Of a stretch of DNA of 64,000 bases, positions 42,642-54,616 are shown one piece after another; positions within the stretch are counted from its first letter, which is position 1, and each line of letters opens with the position of its first letter. The notes under the pieces were generated by a model. That model did no database searches. It worked only from the letters and a program-made list of their open reading frames with translations, and was not told the DNA's origin. A program made the translations under genes and the position numbers. Source of the DNA: an uncultured Planctomycetota bacterium (GTDB lineage: Bacteria > Planctomycetota > Planctomycetia > Isosphaerales > Isosphaeraceae); the NCBI GenBank assembly GCA_963823665.1, contig CAWGMQ010000010.1, positions 1,504,001 to 1,568,000 on the forward strand, written 5' to 3'.

Positions 42642-42874
42642 GGCACTCCCCCTTGCGCTTGCAATCCACCTGGGTTCCTTCTTCGGCGCATACAGGGTGT
42701 TGACATGCACAGATCTCCGAATTCGTCTCGTCGAGTCAGACAAGCAACGAGTGCGGCCCGTTCTCTCGCGATCGCGAAAGAATTACCGATCCTGTCGATT
42801 CAGTAAAATGGATGGTCCTTCCGGCGCCCGGGGACGGCCGGTAAGACGGCTGCGCGGATTCCGCAACGTTCTGG

Positions 42875-45203
42875 TTACCGCGCCTGGCTCGCCGCCGCCG
42901 GGGCGAACACATCGTCGGGAAGAGGCGATAATCGCTGGCCCGATTGGATGAGTGCTTCCCACGACCCTGCGGGGAGAAGGAAGATCGGTCCGTGCGGCGA
43001 CGTCCCTAGGGCAGCGTAAATGAGCCCGGGTGCGGCGGGGTGCCCTATCCGGATGATGCGATCCGGTTCGTTATCGCCCAGCTTGACGGTGGCCGTGAGC
43101 CGCGGGTGAACCAGCCCGGTGAATGGCTGGATATCCCCGTCGTACTGGGCGTATCGGACGGCCTCGAGATGCGACAGCGCCTTGGCCAGAGCGCCGGCCG
43201 CGGACAGGTCGATTCCGCTTGAGTCGGTGCCCGGTTCATCGACCCACTCGAGCTGCCCCTTCGTGGCGGGCTGCCGGTGCTTGAATGCCACGGTGCGATC
43301 GGGCCTCGACCAGGTGAGCACCAGTCGCTCGGCCTTGGCAGGTGGAAATGATATAATGAGATGCTCACGAAACTCCGCTTCAAAGGGCTTCAAGGTCTCG
43401 GCGGCCAGGGTGAAAACGAAGCTCCCTTCGTCTGTGGCCGCGTAATACGAGGGCTCTCGCGGAACCTGGGCGCCGACCGTCAGACGGTGTGGCCGATCGG
43501 TCTCCCACTCGACCTCGAGCAGCGGCTTGTCCAGGCCGAACCTGGTCGCGTCTTTCTTGTTGTCAGCGACGAAGCCCTCGGCTCGCAGGTTCGCCAGGAT
43601 CGCCAGAACCTGGGTAATCGCGCGGGTGTCTGCCGGCGCATCGACCGGCCGCCGCATGCGCCAGCGATTCGGCTTTCCCCCTTGCTCCGGCACAACCTCA
43701 TCGGTTCGGCCCCCGCGGGTGACGACCAGCTTCCGCACCGTCTCCGGCGACGGAGTCATGATCGATCGATCGCGGAAGGCCATCGCGTTCTTGGGCAGCA
43801 CTTCCGCTATTTTGTCCGGAATCGCCAGAACGGCCTCGTCTCGGTCGAGCTGGGCGTAAAACGTCCTTCTGGCTGCGTCCAGGCTGCCGATATGGAGATC
43901 GAGCGCGAGCTCATTATCCGCGGAGGTTTTTGCTGTTCGTCCCACTCGCGTTTCCCTGAGCTGGATCGTCACCAGCGGCGGGTTCAACTTCGGGTCACGC
44001 ACTTTCTGCGGATCCAGAAACTCGCTCGTCTGAAGCGAGTCGAGGTGCTTGAGCAGTGCCGAGATTGCGACGACATCGGCTTTCTCTTCGCTCGGCTCCT
44101 TCTGGACCCATCCGTTTGACTCTTTCTTGAGCAGAAAGGTCTGAATCGGTGATTTGATCCGGATCTCGCTGACGGCAACCGGCTCGAAATCACAGACCTT
44201 CTGGCTGCGAAGCGCAACCGAAGAGCGCGGCAGCTCGGCCAGGGGAGCTGCATTCACCATGAGTACGTCGTCCTGGTCGCCCTGGCGAACATAGATGCGA
44301 TCGGGTTGATCGGCCACGAGCTTGCCGACTTCCAGTACGATCGGCTTGTCCTTCGTCTCGGCTGTGGTCAGCTCGACCGTCGCGGACGGGGGTGAAAGCC
44401 CGTAAGGCAGGAAATCACGCACGTCATTGGCGACGAAGCCTTTCGCCCCGTCCGTCACTCGCAGCGCCGACAAGGCGGCCAGCAGACTTTCCACCTTCGC
44501 CGCGTCGGCCGGGGCAACGTGAGGCTCGACCAGCCGGAACCGCCCGTTATGACTCCGAATGACGCGAATCACACCGGTCCGCCTCTTGATCGGAGACCGA
44601 ATCGATCTGGAATGTCGCGAGCGGCACCACTGCTCGCTCGCGCCATTCCATGACGGGTAGGTCCACGGCCGAGAGCAACTTGGCGTCGGAGACGTCGATC
44701 GACCCGCTTCCCAGTGTTCGCAGGTAACGCAGTCGTTTGACGATCTTGCCGATTTCGATCGTGGCCAGCGGCAGCTCTGCCACCGCTTCACCTTCGTGCG
44801 GGGCGGTCCAGAGCCGAACGGTTGCTTCGGGGTGTTCCAGTCCAAACGTCGCCGGCGCCCCGGTCATGCTCCCGGCGTCAAGCGAGCGGCGCAGCTCCTT
44901 GAGGTTGCGCACCAAGGTCTCGAGCCGCGCCGGCTCCGCCGCCACGTTCAATGGCTCGACCATCTGCCAGCCTCCTGCTCCGGTGCTGCGTCTCTCGAAC
45001 ACCAGCCGTTCATTTCTCCGCTCGATCGAGAGCTTCAGAATACCCGCCGCGGGTGTTTCGAGCAGCTCGGGCAAGATCAGGCTTTCGCGGAGCATGTTCT
45101 CCTTCGCCGTACGTACGCCGGCGTACTCGAGCCCCCACAAAACCAGCAGGCTCGCGAAGAACAGGACCACGAGAGTGTAGGTGGTTCGATGGGTTTTCAT
45201 CAT
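42875..45203 (-). CDS. DUF4340-domain protein (frameshift near 44590)
   Basis: N-terminal TM; repeated W....P...AD and FGL..P motifs; ORFs 44547-45203 and 42875-44845. Confidence 0.8.
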
Positions 45204-47043
45204 TCGCGCCGGGCGGTGAAAACAATGACCCCCATGGCGATGATCGACAGAAGGGCCACGAACGACGGGATCACGATGAGCCGCTTCCGAGTCTCCGGGT
45301 CGGCGGAGAGCGTCAGCGCAATGTGATGCTTCGGGGCAATTCCCATGGTGTCCGGGCGCCCCCGTAGCCAGCCTGCTGCGAGCATCAGTACGTCGAGGTT
45401 GGTTCGCTCGATATCCTGAGCGAAATTCTCGGCCATCGCCGGACTGGAAAACAGGACGAGACGATGCTTGGCGGCTGATCCTCCTCCTCCAGGCGCATTG
45501 GCTGCGCCGCGTTCCTCGACAGCCACACCGACGACCAGCGGGCCTGCCTCATCGGTCTTCGGATCAAGCGAGAGCGGCAGCTTTCCGGGGTCGCTCTCGG
45601 CCCACGACGAGCCAGATGTCCTGAGGAAGACAACCGGCACGAGATTCGAATCGACCGGCGCGGCGGCAGCCGCTCCGGGACGGCCGGCTCCCGCAATGTG
45701 GATCGGAGCGCCTCCAGGCAGCAGCACGGCTCGATTCGCTCCCAGCGCATCGACGATCGGATTCTTGAGCGCCGGCTCAGTCGGCGCAAAGACCAGCGAG
45801 GGGTCTCCCCGATAGATCAATAGCCGATCAATGATCAGCCCTTTACCGATCGATACGTTGAATGACTTGAGGAATTCATCTAGGCCCGATGGGTCGGTAT
45901 TACCGAGCAACAAGAGCAGCGGCTTACCTCGGTCCGTGAATGACCTGAGCTTCAGAATCTCCTCGGGCTTGAACGGACTCTTGGGGCCGACGACGATCAG
46001 CAACGCGAGCTCCGGCGGTACCTCATCGCTCAGCAGGTTGAGGTCGACGACCTCGCAGCCCACTTTGTTGAATCGTGTTCTCCAGTTTCCGATGCCTCGC
46101 CCTCGCGGATTCAAGTCCGAGCTCGACGGCTCGCCATGCCCGACGGTGAACGCAACCTTGGTTTTCTGGCCCTCCTTGAGCCGAAGTAGCGCCGTGGTGA
46201 TTTCGTCCTCGCCATTGAACGAAGTCGCGAAATGATCGGCGCGATGTGCAGGGTCGAGCGACAGCCTCAGAAACAGATCCTGGTTGCGCACGACGGCGTG
46301 AGGAGCAGCCTCTCCCGTGCCATACTCGATCACCACGCCCCCCCCGGCCAGCAGCTCGAGCTCCGGCACACGCTTGGCTAGCTCTTCGTATCTTGCTACT
46401 TCATTGAACGGGTCGAGACTGTCGAGCTCCACCCGATCGGGCTTGGCCGCCTTGTATGCCTGGAGAAGCTGCAGCACCCGGTCGCGCTGGCGGCCGGTGC
46501 GAGCGCCCGTGCCGAAGAAGAGCGTGAACTTCACCGGGCGGTCGAGCCCCGCCAGCAGCGCGGTCGTCTCCGTCGAGAGGGAGTAGCTCCCCTCCCGCGT
46601 CATGTCGATCGGCTGGCCGCCATAGCGAAACGCAATCACGTCGCCGACGATCAAGATCCCTCCCAGCAGCGACGTATTCAGAAACGTCGTCGAGAAGTCG
46701 ATCGTCCGTCGCACGCTCGGACTCGCGTGCCGGTATCGGCGGTTGGCGCGATCAGAAAGATCACCAGGCCGAATCCCAGCGCGAAGATCGGCACCGAGAC
46801 GACTATGCCGCGTGAGAGCGCCGCGTAGCCGCCTAGGGCGATCAAGAGCAGCCCCGTCACCACACCTGCGATCATCCGGTCGCGGTAGCCGGATCGTGGC
46901 GAGTCGACGTCGTCCTCTGATTTGGGCGCCTGCCCCGGCGGTGCCCCGCGCATAATCCAGGCAACGACCAGTCCAGCCGCCAGCGCCGCGGCTGCTAGCC
47001 AGAATACCTCGTGCGAGAACAAGCTCGGGAATGCAACCTTCAT
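45200..47043 (-). CDS. GldG-like ABC auxiliary component (frameshift near 46745)
   Basis: DMTREGSYSLS, FNGEDEITTAL, FTVGHGE, C-terminal TM. Confidence 0.8.
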
Positions 47044-47074
47044 CAGGATTGACGCCTCTTGCAGCGTGTCAAAG

Positions 47075-47840
47075 TCATCGGTTAGATCGCGCCTCGAGCA
47101 CCCTCACCGTCAGGCTAAGCATGAAAAAGCACACCGAAAGCTGGACCGCGATGTATCGAAAGTCAAGCAAACCCTGGCCGAAGCTCTGGATCTGAAAAAG
47201 GATCGCCACGAACCGCAGCCCATCCGCCCACTCGTAATGTTGCTGCGCCGCGAAAACATACGCGATGGCAAAGAAGACGACCAGCACAAGCAGCACAACG
47301 AACGTCCAGATCGCCGCGATGATCTGGTTCCGCGTGAGCGAGCTCAGGAACAGACCGATCGAGACGAACATCATGCCCATTGTCGTCAGACCGACGGAGA
47401 GGCTCATGAGCGGTCCCAGGTCAAAGTCGTACTTGGCCTGGAAGTGCAGGAACGGCAGATAGATGAAGAATGGTACGAGGAGCACGCAATACATGATCAC
47501 GCCGGCGAGCCACTTGGCGACAACGACCTCCGTCTCCGTCACCGGCACGGTGAGCAAGGCCTCGATCGTGCCCTGGCGGCGCTCCTCTGCGAACAGCCGC
47601 ATGGTCAAGAGGGGTATCGAAACCATGATCGCAATCCAGAACGCCGCACTGTTTGAGATGTACGCATTCATCGGGTTCTCGCAACGACGACAGCTCGCTG
47701 CGAGGCGCAGAGAGCAGGTCAACGAGGTCGTAGAAATTGAAGGCGGCGATGAGCTGAAAGGCCAGCAGCACGAGATACGCGATGGGCCCCAGGAAGTAGG
47801 CAGCGAGCTCGCGAGCCAGCAGCGTGCGCACGTGTTGCAT
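47075..47840 (-). CDS. GldF-like ABC-2 permease (frameshift near 47680)
   Basis: RELAAYF, PLLTMRLFAEERRQGTIE, SSLTRNQIIAA. Confidence 0.85.
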
Positions 47841-47842
47841 GG

Positions 47843-48793
47843 TCACGAAGCCTCGGAGTGTGCGTCGGCGAGGGACAGCCGGCCGACGACGTCCGCAAAT
47901 CGTTCCTCGAGTGAGCTGCGCCGCAGGTCGATCTGACGCAGCGGCCAGCCGTTTGTAACGAGTTTCTGACTCATCGCTTCGCGCAGATCCTCGAAGCCGC
48001 GCGTGTGCACCTCGAAGGACGAGTACGCGCCCTCTTCGCGAACAAGGTTGGCTCGCTCGACTCCGGGTATCGTCTGCAGCACCGCCCGGATCGATGCAGC
48101 CGGGCCGCGAACTTCGACGGTGATCACGCCTTGGCGCCGCAAATGCGCAAGCGTGTCGTCGAGCGCGATCCTCCCGCGCGCGATGATGATCACCCGTCCG
48201 CACACGGCCTCAACCTCCGACAAGATGTGCGTGGAAAGCAGAATGGTGTGCGTCGCGGCCAGCTCGCGGATCATGTCCCGAACTTCGCGGATCTGAATCG
48301 GGTCAAGTCCCGCCGTCGGCTCGTCGAGGATCAGTATCTCCGGGTCGTGCACCATCGCGTCGGCCAGCCCCACACGCTGCCGGAACCCTCGCGAAAGCTG
48401 CCCGATGATCCGCCCTTCGACTTCGCCAAGCTGACAGCGCCGCACGACCTCGGCAATCGCTCGCCGGCGCTGCACTCGCGGCACGTCTTTCAGCTTGGCA
48501 CGGTAGCGGAGATATTCGTTCACACGCATATCCAGATAGAGCGGCACGTTTTCCGGGAGATAGCCGACCTTGCTCCGCACTTCGATCGGTTCGTCGAGCA
48601 CGTCGTGGCCCGCCAGCGTAGCCCTCCCGCTCGTGGGGCTCAAGTAGGTCGTCAGCATGCGCATCGTGGTTGTCTTGCCCGCGCCGTTGGGGCCGAGCAA
48701 TCCGACGATCTCGCCTCGCCCGACCTCGAATCGGATGCCGTCGACCGCTCTGAACGAGCCGAACCGCTTCGACAGCCGATCAACATGAATCAT
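47843..48793 (-). CDS. ABC transporter ATP-binding protein (GldA-like)
   Basis: GPNGAGKTT, LSRGFRQRV, LILDEPT, STH. Confidence 0.92.
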   Translation of the reverse strand: MIHVDRLSKRFGSFRAVDGIRFEVGRGEIVGLLGPNGAGKTTTMRMLTTYLSPTSGRATLAGHDVLDEPIEVRSKVGYLPENVPLYLDMRVNEYLRYRAKLKDVPRVQRRRAIAEVVRRCQLGEVEGRIIGQLSRGFRQRVGLADAMVHDPEILILDEPTAGLDPIQIREVRDMIRELAATHTILLSTHILSEVEAVCGRVIIIARGRIALDDTLAHLRRQGVITVEVRGPAASIRAVLQTIPGVERANLVREEGAYSSFEVHTRGFEDLREAMSQKLVTNGWPLRQIDLRRSSLEERFADVVGRLSLADAHSEAS

Positions 48794-48850
48794 GACGATC
48801 AAGCAACCTCTGACGTGGGCGTTCGCACTGGACCCGTGAGCCGGCGAACG

Positions 48851-50146
48851 TCAATTCGCCGCCGGTCTGGCCACCCAGACGAGCACGACGGACTTGTGCT
48901 CCAGCGCGGGCTGAGAGCTCGCCTCGGCCGCTGGTTCCCTCGAATCGAGCGCACCCGGTTCGGCCGATTGAAGTGCCCTGCGATCAATACCGGCCTGAGA
49001 TGCCGTTTGTGACGTCACCCCACCTGACTCGCTTGCCGAAGCTAGGGCGCCCTGCGCAAGAGCGGTTTTCCGATCGGCAGCGGTTCCGGCGCGGCCCGCG
49101 GCTTCTTTGGGCGGAATGGCATCTTGGTCGCCTTGCACCTTCTCGCCGCCAGCGATGGGCCTCGTCCTGAGAGCGAGGGCCTCGCGCGGAATTTCTACTT
49201 CACCCAGCGACGCGGGAGCAAATGACTGCACCCTGTCCATATCGGCTAACTGGGTGGCGATGCCCGCATCGAGGTCCTCCTGTTCCACCAGCCCGGGCAG
49301 AGCCGCCTTCAGTTGGTCGTTGAATCGCTCGACCTGATTCGGCTCGACCACGAACGCCAGCACTGCTGCTTCGCCGGGGTGACGCGGATCGATGACGATA
49401 CCGTGCGCGACCGTGATCTTGAAATAATCGAAGTGGGTCGTGCGCTCGATGATGCTGGCTACGATCTGTTCGGAGTCGATTCCCGAGCCGGCACCGACCC
49501 AGAAGAACCGCTTCAAGTTCGGACTGTCGAGCAACGGCCTCACTCGTGCGGCATCGCCACTGAGCGCGGCTTCGCGAATCTCCTCGGTACTGCCCGTCGC
49601 GCCAGGCGAAACGCTCGGCGGTGTCGCAGGAATTCCATTCGCGGCAAGCGCGGGACTACGTGACGGCAAAGCGGCCACCGATAGGCTTGCGTTAGCGCTC
49701 GTCGTCCCTGGCGCCGCCGGACCGCTCGGATTGGGACGGATGACCGCCTGCTGATGCTTCACGTGCGCGACCGTTCGGCTCGTATTCTCGAGCTGCGATG
49801 CCTGCATGAGAATCGCAGCCGATGCCGTCACCATCAACAAGGCAGCGCTCGCGGCCAGACCCGCGAGCGGCAGAATTCGCCGCGAGCCGCGCCGCCAGCC
49901 CTCGAGCGCCGGCAGCAGCCCCCGCCCTCGCGGCCGCGCAGCAATCCGCTGCAGCACGCGTGCGGTCACGTCGATCGACCTGTCGTGCGGCAAACCGGCA
50001 ACCAGGTCGCGCACGTGCGTCAACCCCCGCAGCCGTTCGGCGAGATCGGTGTCGGCATCGAGCGCCATGTCCACCCGCGAATGCTGCTCCGGGGCCAGCT
50101 CGCCGTCGATATAGGCACTCAGGAACGATTCGTCGTCTTGATTCAT
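48851..50146 (-). CDS. Anti-sigma factor family membrane protein
   Basis: LSAYIDGEL N-terminus, single TM, downstream of ECF sigma. Confidence 0.8.
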   Translation of the reverse strand: MNQDDESFLSAYIDGELAPEQHSRVDMALDADTDLAERLRGLTHVRDLVAGLPHDRSIDVTARVLQRIAARPRGRGLLPALEGWRRGSRRILPLAGLAASAALLMVTASAAILMQASQLENTSRTVAHVKHQQAVIRPNPSGPAAPGTTSANASLSVAALPSRSPALAANGIPATPPSVSPGATGSTEEIREAALSGDAARVRPLLDSPNLKRFFWVGAGSGIDSEQIVASIIERTTHFDYFKITVAHGIVIDPRHPGEAAVLAFVVEPNQVERFNDQLKAALPGLVEQEDLDAGIATQLADMDRVQSFAPASLGEVEIPREALALRTRPIAGGEKVQGDQDAIPPKEAAGRAGTAADRKTALAQGALASASESGGVTSQTASQAGIDRRALQSAEPGALDSREPAAEASSQPALEHKSVVLVWVARPAAN

Positions 50147-50246
50147 GACATCAGTCTTGGAATTGAAGGAATTATCTGTTTACGAATGTTACAAATCTGA
50201 TGAGTTCCGGGCCGCAAGCCCCGTACTCTACGGGCCGTTGCCCAGA

Positions 50247-50860
50247 TTAGTGTGCTGTTTGCGACGCCTGCCGCACCGGCTGCTCTTCGCCCAGTAGGCA
50301 CTGGAGCCGGTCGCGAAGTTCACACCGAGCCCTGTGCAGGCGGCTTCGTACGGTCCCGATCGGCACGTTCAGAATCGCCCCGATTTCCTCGTATCGCCGG
50401 CCGTCGAAGTCTTTGAGGATGACGACTGCACGGTGCTCCGGTCCAAGCTGGTTGAGCGCGGCTTCGACGATCTGCTCGCGCTCGGCCCGCTCCAGAGGGT
50501 AGGTTGGGTCCGCATCGGCCGATTCGTCAGCCGAGTCTTCAAACCGGCAATGTGCGTCCTCACCATGGCGCCCGACCACGACCCTCGCACGCCTGCGCCG
50601 GTGCCCGGAAAGCGCGAAATTGACGCCGATCCGATAGACCCATGTGTAGAACGAGCTGTCGCCGTGAAATTGATCGAGCTTCTCGTAGGCGCAGGAACGT
50701 GTCTTGCAAAACGTCCCTGGCATCCTCCGGAGACCCGCACAGGTGTAGTAATACTTGGTACAGTCTCTCCTGGTAACGCTGGACCAAGACGCCGAACGCC
50801 TCGGTTTGCCCGTGCGCGACACTTTTCCACAAGCATGTGGTCGTCTGGTGACACGGTCAT
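50247..50860 (-). CDS. ECF sigma-70 factor (frameshifts near 50815 and 50690)
   Basis: AFGVLVQRYQ, DVLQDTF, SSFYTWVYRI, YEEIG...GTVRSRLHRAR across three frames. Confidence 0.88.
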
Positions 50861-51217
50861 CACATTCCTTCGACGACTGAGTGACAGGAAAAGTTCCACG
50901 AAATAGGGCCCCGCGCCCGCAGCCAGCCCAGCCATCACGGGGCGACGCCTCAGGTGACGGGTGCTCCGAGCCCCCGCCGCCTCCCTTTCCATCTTATCCA
51001 TGTGCCCCGCCTGGAGAGTAGATGCCTCCCGCATGAGAATTCTCGCCACATTGGCCCCGCGCTCTGCCAGGTTCGAAAACACGGCCCGGCACCGTGCGCC
51101 CGCTGCAATCCGGATACTGCCGGCTTCGGATCCCGGGGCGCTGCCGTATAATGGCCTCGCTCGCCGTTCTTGAGGCTTGAGGCTTTTCTTTCCTGAACCA
51201 CGCCGCTGTATCGCGCC

Positions 51218-52354
51218 ATGTCAAACTCACACCAATCGCTTTCTTCGATGGATCAGGTCCGAATCGGACTACTGGGTTCGGGGTTCGTGACGTCAATTCA
51301 TTTTGAAGCCCTGCGCTGCCTCCCAGGTGCTCAAGTGGTCGCTGTTGCATCACCGTCTCCCGGCCACGCCGAGCGCTTCGCCGCCGAGCGTGGTATTCCC
51401 CGCCATTTCACGGACTACCGGTCGCTGCTTGACCTGCACGACGTCGACCTGGTGATCCTCGGCCTCCCCAATGACCTGCACTGCGAGGCAACCTGCCAAT
51501 CCGCGGCTGCCGGGAAACACGTCGTCGTCGAAAAACCCATGGCAATGAACCTCGCCGAATGTGACCGAATGATCGACGCCTGCCGGCAAGCCGGCGTCAT
51601 GCTCGGATATGCGGAGGAGCTCTGCTTCGCGCCGAAGTACGTTCGAATGAAAGGGTTAGTCACAGAAGGCGCCTTTGGAAAAATACATCTAGTCAAGCAG
51701 TCAGAGAAGCATGACGGCCCGCATGCGCCGTGGTTCTTCGACACGATGCGGAGTGGAGGTGGGGTCACGTTCGACATGGGTTGTCACGCGATCGAGTTCT
51801 TCCGGTGGATTCTCGGCGGGAATTCCACCACGGGTAAGGCACGAATCGAGTCCGTTTATGCGCAAATGGGCACGTACCTGCACGGCGCGAAGACACGTGG
51901 CGACGACGAGGCAGTGCTGCTTTTGACATTCGAGGGAGGGGCGATCGGCCTGGCCGAGGAGAGCTGGAACAAACCCGGTGGCATGGACGACCGCGCCGAA
52001 GTGTATGGCAGCGACGGTCAGGCCTATGCGGACCTCTTGTACGGGAACTCGCTGCGGGCATTCTCGCGTCGAGGTTACGGATATGCGGTCGAGAAGGCAG
52101 GGTCTACTGCCGGGTGGTCCTTCCCGATCTATCAGGAGATCTGGAATTACGGATTCCCCCAGGAAATGGAGCATTTTGTCTCATGTGTGCGAACCGGCGG
52201 GCAGCCGGTTGAGAACGGTCACGACGGTCGCGCGGTGGTCGAGGCAGTCTGCGCGCTCTATGAATCGGCTGGTCGGGGCCGGCGGATCGACCTCCCGTTC
52301 GCCAGCGAAGCGATTCGCCCGATTGATCACTGGCGGCCGGTCGAGCCCGGGTGA
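51218..52354 (+). CDS. Gfo/Idh/MocA oxidoreductase
   Basis: IGLLGSG, GKHVVVEKP, GGG...DMGCH. Confidence 0.92.
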   Translation: MSNSHQSLSSMDQVRIGLLGSGFVTSIHFEALRCLPGAQVVAVASPSPGHAERFAAERGIPRHFTDYRSLLDLHDVDLVILGLPNDLHCEATCQSAAAGKHVVVEKPMAMNLAECDRMIDACRQAGVMLGYAEELCFAPKYVRMKGLVTEGAFGKIHLVKQSEKHDGPHAPWFFDTMRSGGGVTFDMGCHAIEFFRWILGGNSTTGKARIESVYAQMGTYLHGAKTRGDDEAVLLLTFEGGAIGLAEESWNKPGGMDDRAEVYGSDGQAYADLLYGNSLRAFSRRGYGYAVEKAGSTAGWSFPIYQEIWNYGFPQEMEHFVSCVRTGGQPVENGHDGRAVVEAVCALYESAGRGRRIDLPFASEAIRPIDHWRPVEPG

Positions 52355-52366
52355 TTCGCTGCGCGT

Positions 52367-52709
52367 TCAACTCGCCTTCATCTCCCACCGCTGCCAGACG
52401 CGCTGTAGCGCTGCGATCGCACGCTCGAAGTTTTCTTTGTCCTCCGTATAAAGGTTCTCCGGCCTCGACGGGCATCCGCCGCACGCACTCGGCAATCTGG
52501 TCGTGCGCGCCCAGCAACTGATGGTAGAGCCGCACGGCCTCGGCATTCCCCGCGAGGCTCGCATCGGCTCCGAGCTTCTGCCTCGCCGCCGTCACACGCT
52601 CCTCGCTCGTGCGAAGAGCCTCTTCGAGCCTGGCTCGCTCGGCGAAATGGTCGCGCTGCGGATAGCTGGGGTTGCGATATGGCTCAATTGCCTTTGATTC
52701 ATGCGACAC
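52367..52709 (-). CDS. Small helical hypothetical protein (frameshift near 52455)
   Basis: GTG start with GGAG RBS; ...RRMPVEAGE continues LYTEDKENFERA in the next frame. Confidence 0.55.
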
Positions 52710-53182
52710 CCCTCTCCGGTTCTCAATCTCGTAGGTCTCTGTGGCCACCGTGCAGGCTCCCGTTGCGCATGCAATTCTGAAGTTTTCACTCGTCGAAGAG
52801 CTAATTCTGGTGTTTCCCCGCGCGAATTGCCATAGACTTTGCCGATTCGTCGCGCACTCGACCGGGATATTTCCGGAAAGTTTCCGGCTTCCAGCGATGA
52901 GTTCGATTAAGGGACAGAATTCATTCTCGAAAAGCGCGCCGCCGCAGAAAAAAGGCCCGCCCCCGCAGCTTGGCAGTCCTCCCCGCTCCGTGGGCGAGGG
53001 GCCGCCCCCGGCGCCGGCGCGGGCTGCCGCGGCGGGGAGCCTGCCCCCTCCGCTGGCGGAGGCTGCCGCCTGTTCAGCGCTCACACCCATCCGGTAGACT
53101 GTGTCCATCATGGCGAGGCGCATTGCGCGTGGCGCCTCTCCCGTGCTGTGCATGCTTCTCGATCGGAATCCCAGGCCCGCCC

Positions 53183-54553
53183 ATGACCGTCACCCGTCGT
53201 TCTCCTCGCCCCTGGACGATCGCGGCAGCCGCGATCGCCGCTTTCTCCACTGCGCGTGCCCAGGAACCTGGGCCAAGCACCGGGGCCTCGCCAATCGAGC
53301 GAACACCGGCGGCCGCCAAGACACGGTCCCTCAGTCCGGCACTGATCTCGAAAAACGTCGACTCGTTCGAGGTCGTCTGGAAGACCGTTCGCGACCGGCA
53401 TTTTGATCCCAAGCTCGGCGGGCTCAACTGGCAGGCCGTCCACGACGAGCTCCGTCCCAAGGTCGAGCAAGCAAAGACGATGGCAGACGCCCGTGCTGTG
53501 ATGACGGCTGCCGTTGGGCGGCTGGGCCAGACCCATTTCACGATCATTCCTTCCGGCCTCTACGAAGATCTGGAGAACCCCAACGACGGGCCAGGCGAGC
53601 TCGGCCTGGAGATCCGCCTCCTCGATGGCCGCGTCGTCGTGAGTGCGGTGACTGAGGCTCTTCCCGCGTCCCGATCGGGCGTGAAGCCCGGATGGCTGAT
53701 CGACAAGATCGACGGCAAGCCGGTGAGCAACATCTTGAAGGCGGCCGAGGCCGCATATTCCGGGTCGGGAATGGTGGCGGCCCACAAGACGATTGCCGTC
53801 GAACGCCGGCTCCACGGCGACGTCGGCTCGGCGATCGCGATCGACTTCCTCGATGGCAAGGACAAACCCGTCCATCTCGAGCTCACCGCCAAGGAACCAG
53901 GCGGAGTGCCCGCAACGTTCGGAAATCTCCCCACGTTTTACGTCCAGTTCACGTCCAGGCGGATCGAAGGCTCGGTCGGGTACGTGTCGCTGAACGTGTT
54001 CTTCGACGCGATCAACGTCATGAAGCAATTCGGTGAAGCGATCGAGGCTAATCGCGACGCTGACGGGCTGATCATCGACCTCCGCGGCAACCCGGGCGGT
54101 TTGGGCGTGATGTCGTTTGCGATCGCCAACTGGTTTGTGACCGAGCCGGGCAAGAAGCTCGGAACGCTCATCACGCGCTCCGCCAAAGCGAACTTCCCGC
54201 TCCAGCCCCGTGCGCGGCCATTCAAGCGACCGGTCGCGGTGCTTGTCGACGAGCTCTCGATGTCGACATCGGAAATCCTGGCCGGCGGTTTGCAAGACTT
54301 GAAGCTGGCCCGCGTTTTCGGCACCAGGACACCGGGCGCCGCCTTGCCGTCGGTGGTCGAGCTGCTTCCCAACGGCGATCGTTTCCAGTTCGCCATCGCC
54401 AACTACATCTCCGCCGGGGGCAAGCCGCTCGAAGGCGTTGGTGTTGTGCCTGACGAGAACACCCCGTTCACGCGGTCCGCCCTCCTCGACGGCCACGATC
54501 CGGCCCTCGATGCAGCCGTGCGCTGGATCAAATCGCAGCGGGCCAGGTCGTGA
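53183..54553 (+). CDS. S41 family peptidase with PDZ domain
   Basis: Signal peptide; IIDLRGNPGG, SMSTSE, FGTRTPG, EGVGVVPD. Confidence 0.9.
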   Translation: MTVTRRSPRPWTIAAAAIAAFSTARAQEPGPSTGASPIERTPAAAKTRSLSPALISKNVDSFEVVWKTVRDRHFDPKLGGLNWQAVHDELRPKVEQAKTMADARAVMTAAVGRLGQTHFTIIPSGLYEDLENPNDGPGELGLEIRLLDGRVVVSAVTEALPASRSGVKPGWLIDKIDGKPVSNILKAAEAAYSGSGMVAAHKTIAVERRLHGDVGSAIAIDFLDGKDKPVHLELTAKEPGGVPATFGNLPTFYVQFTSRRIEGSVGYVSLNVFFDAINVMKQFGEAIEANRDADGLIIDLRGNPGGLGVMSFAIANWFVTEPGKKLGTLITRSAKANFPLQPRARPFKRPVAVLVDELSMSTSEILAGGLQDLKLARVFGTRTPGAALPSVVELLPNGDRFQFAIANYISAGGKPLEGVGVVPDENTPFTRSALLDGHDPALDAAVRWIKSQRARS

Positions 54554-54616
54554 CTCAACGAAATTGGAACCGTGATTGACCCTCAAACCCGATCCCAGGA
54601 CCAGGAGTATTCGTTC

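Noticed and set aside
52972..53067. SRP RNA or 6S RNA
   Set aside because: CAGG...GCAGC is present on the minus strand but there is no GNRA-capped helix between them; too short and asymmetric for 6S
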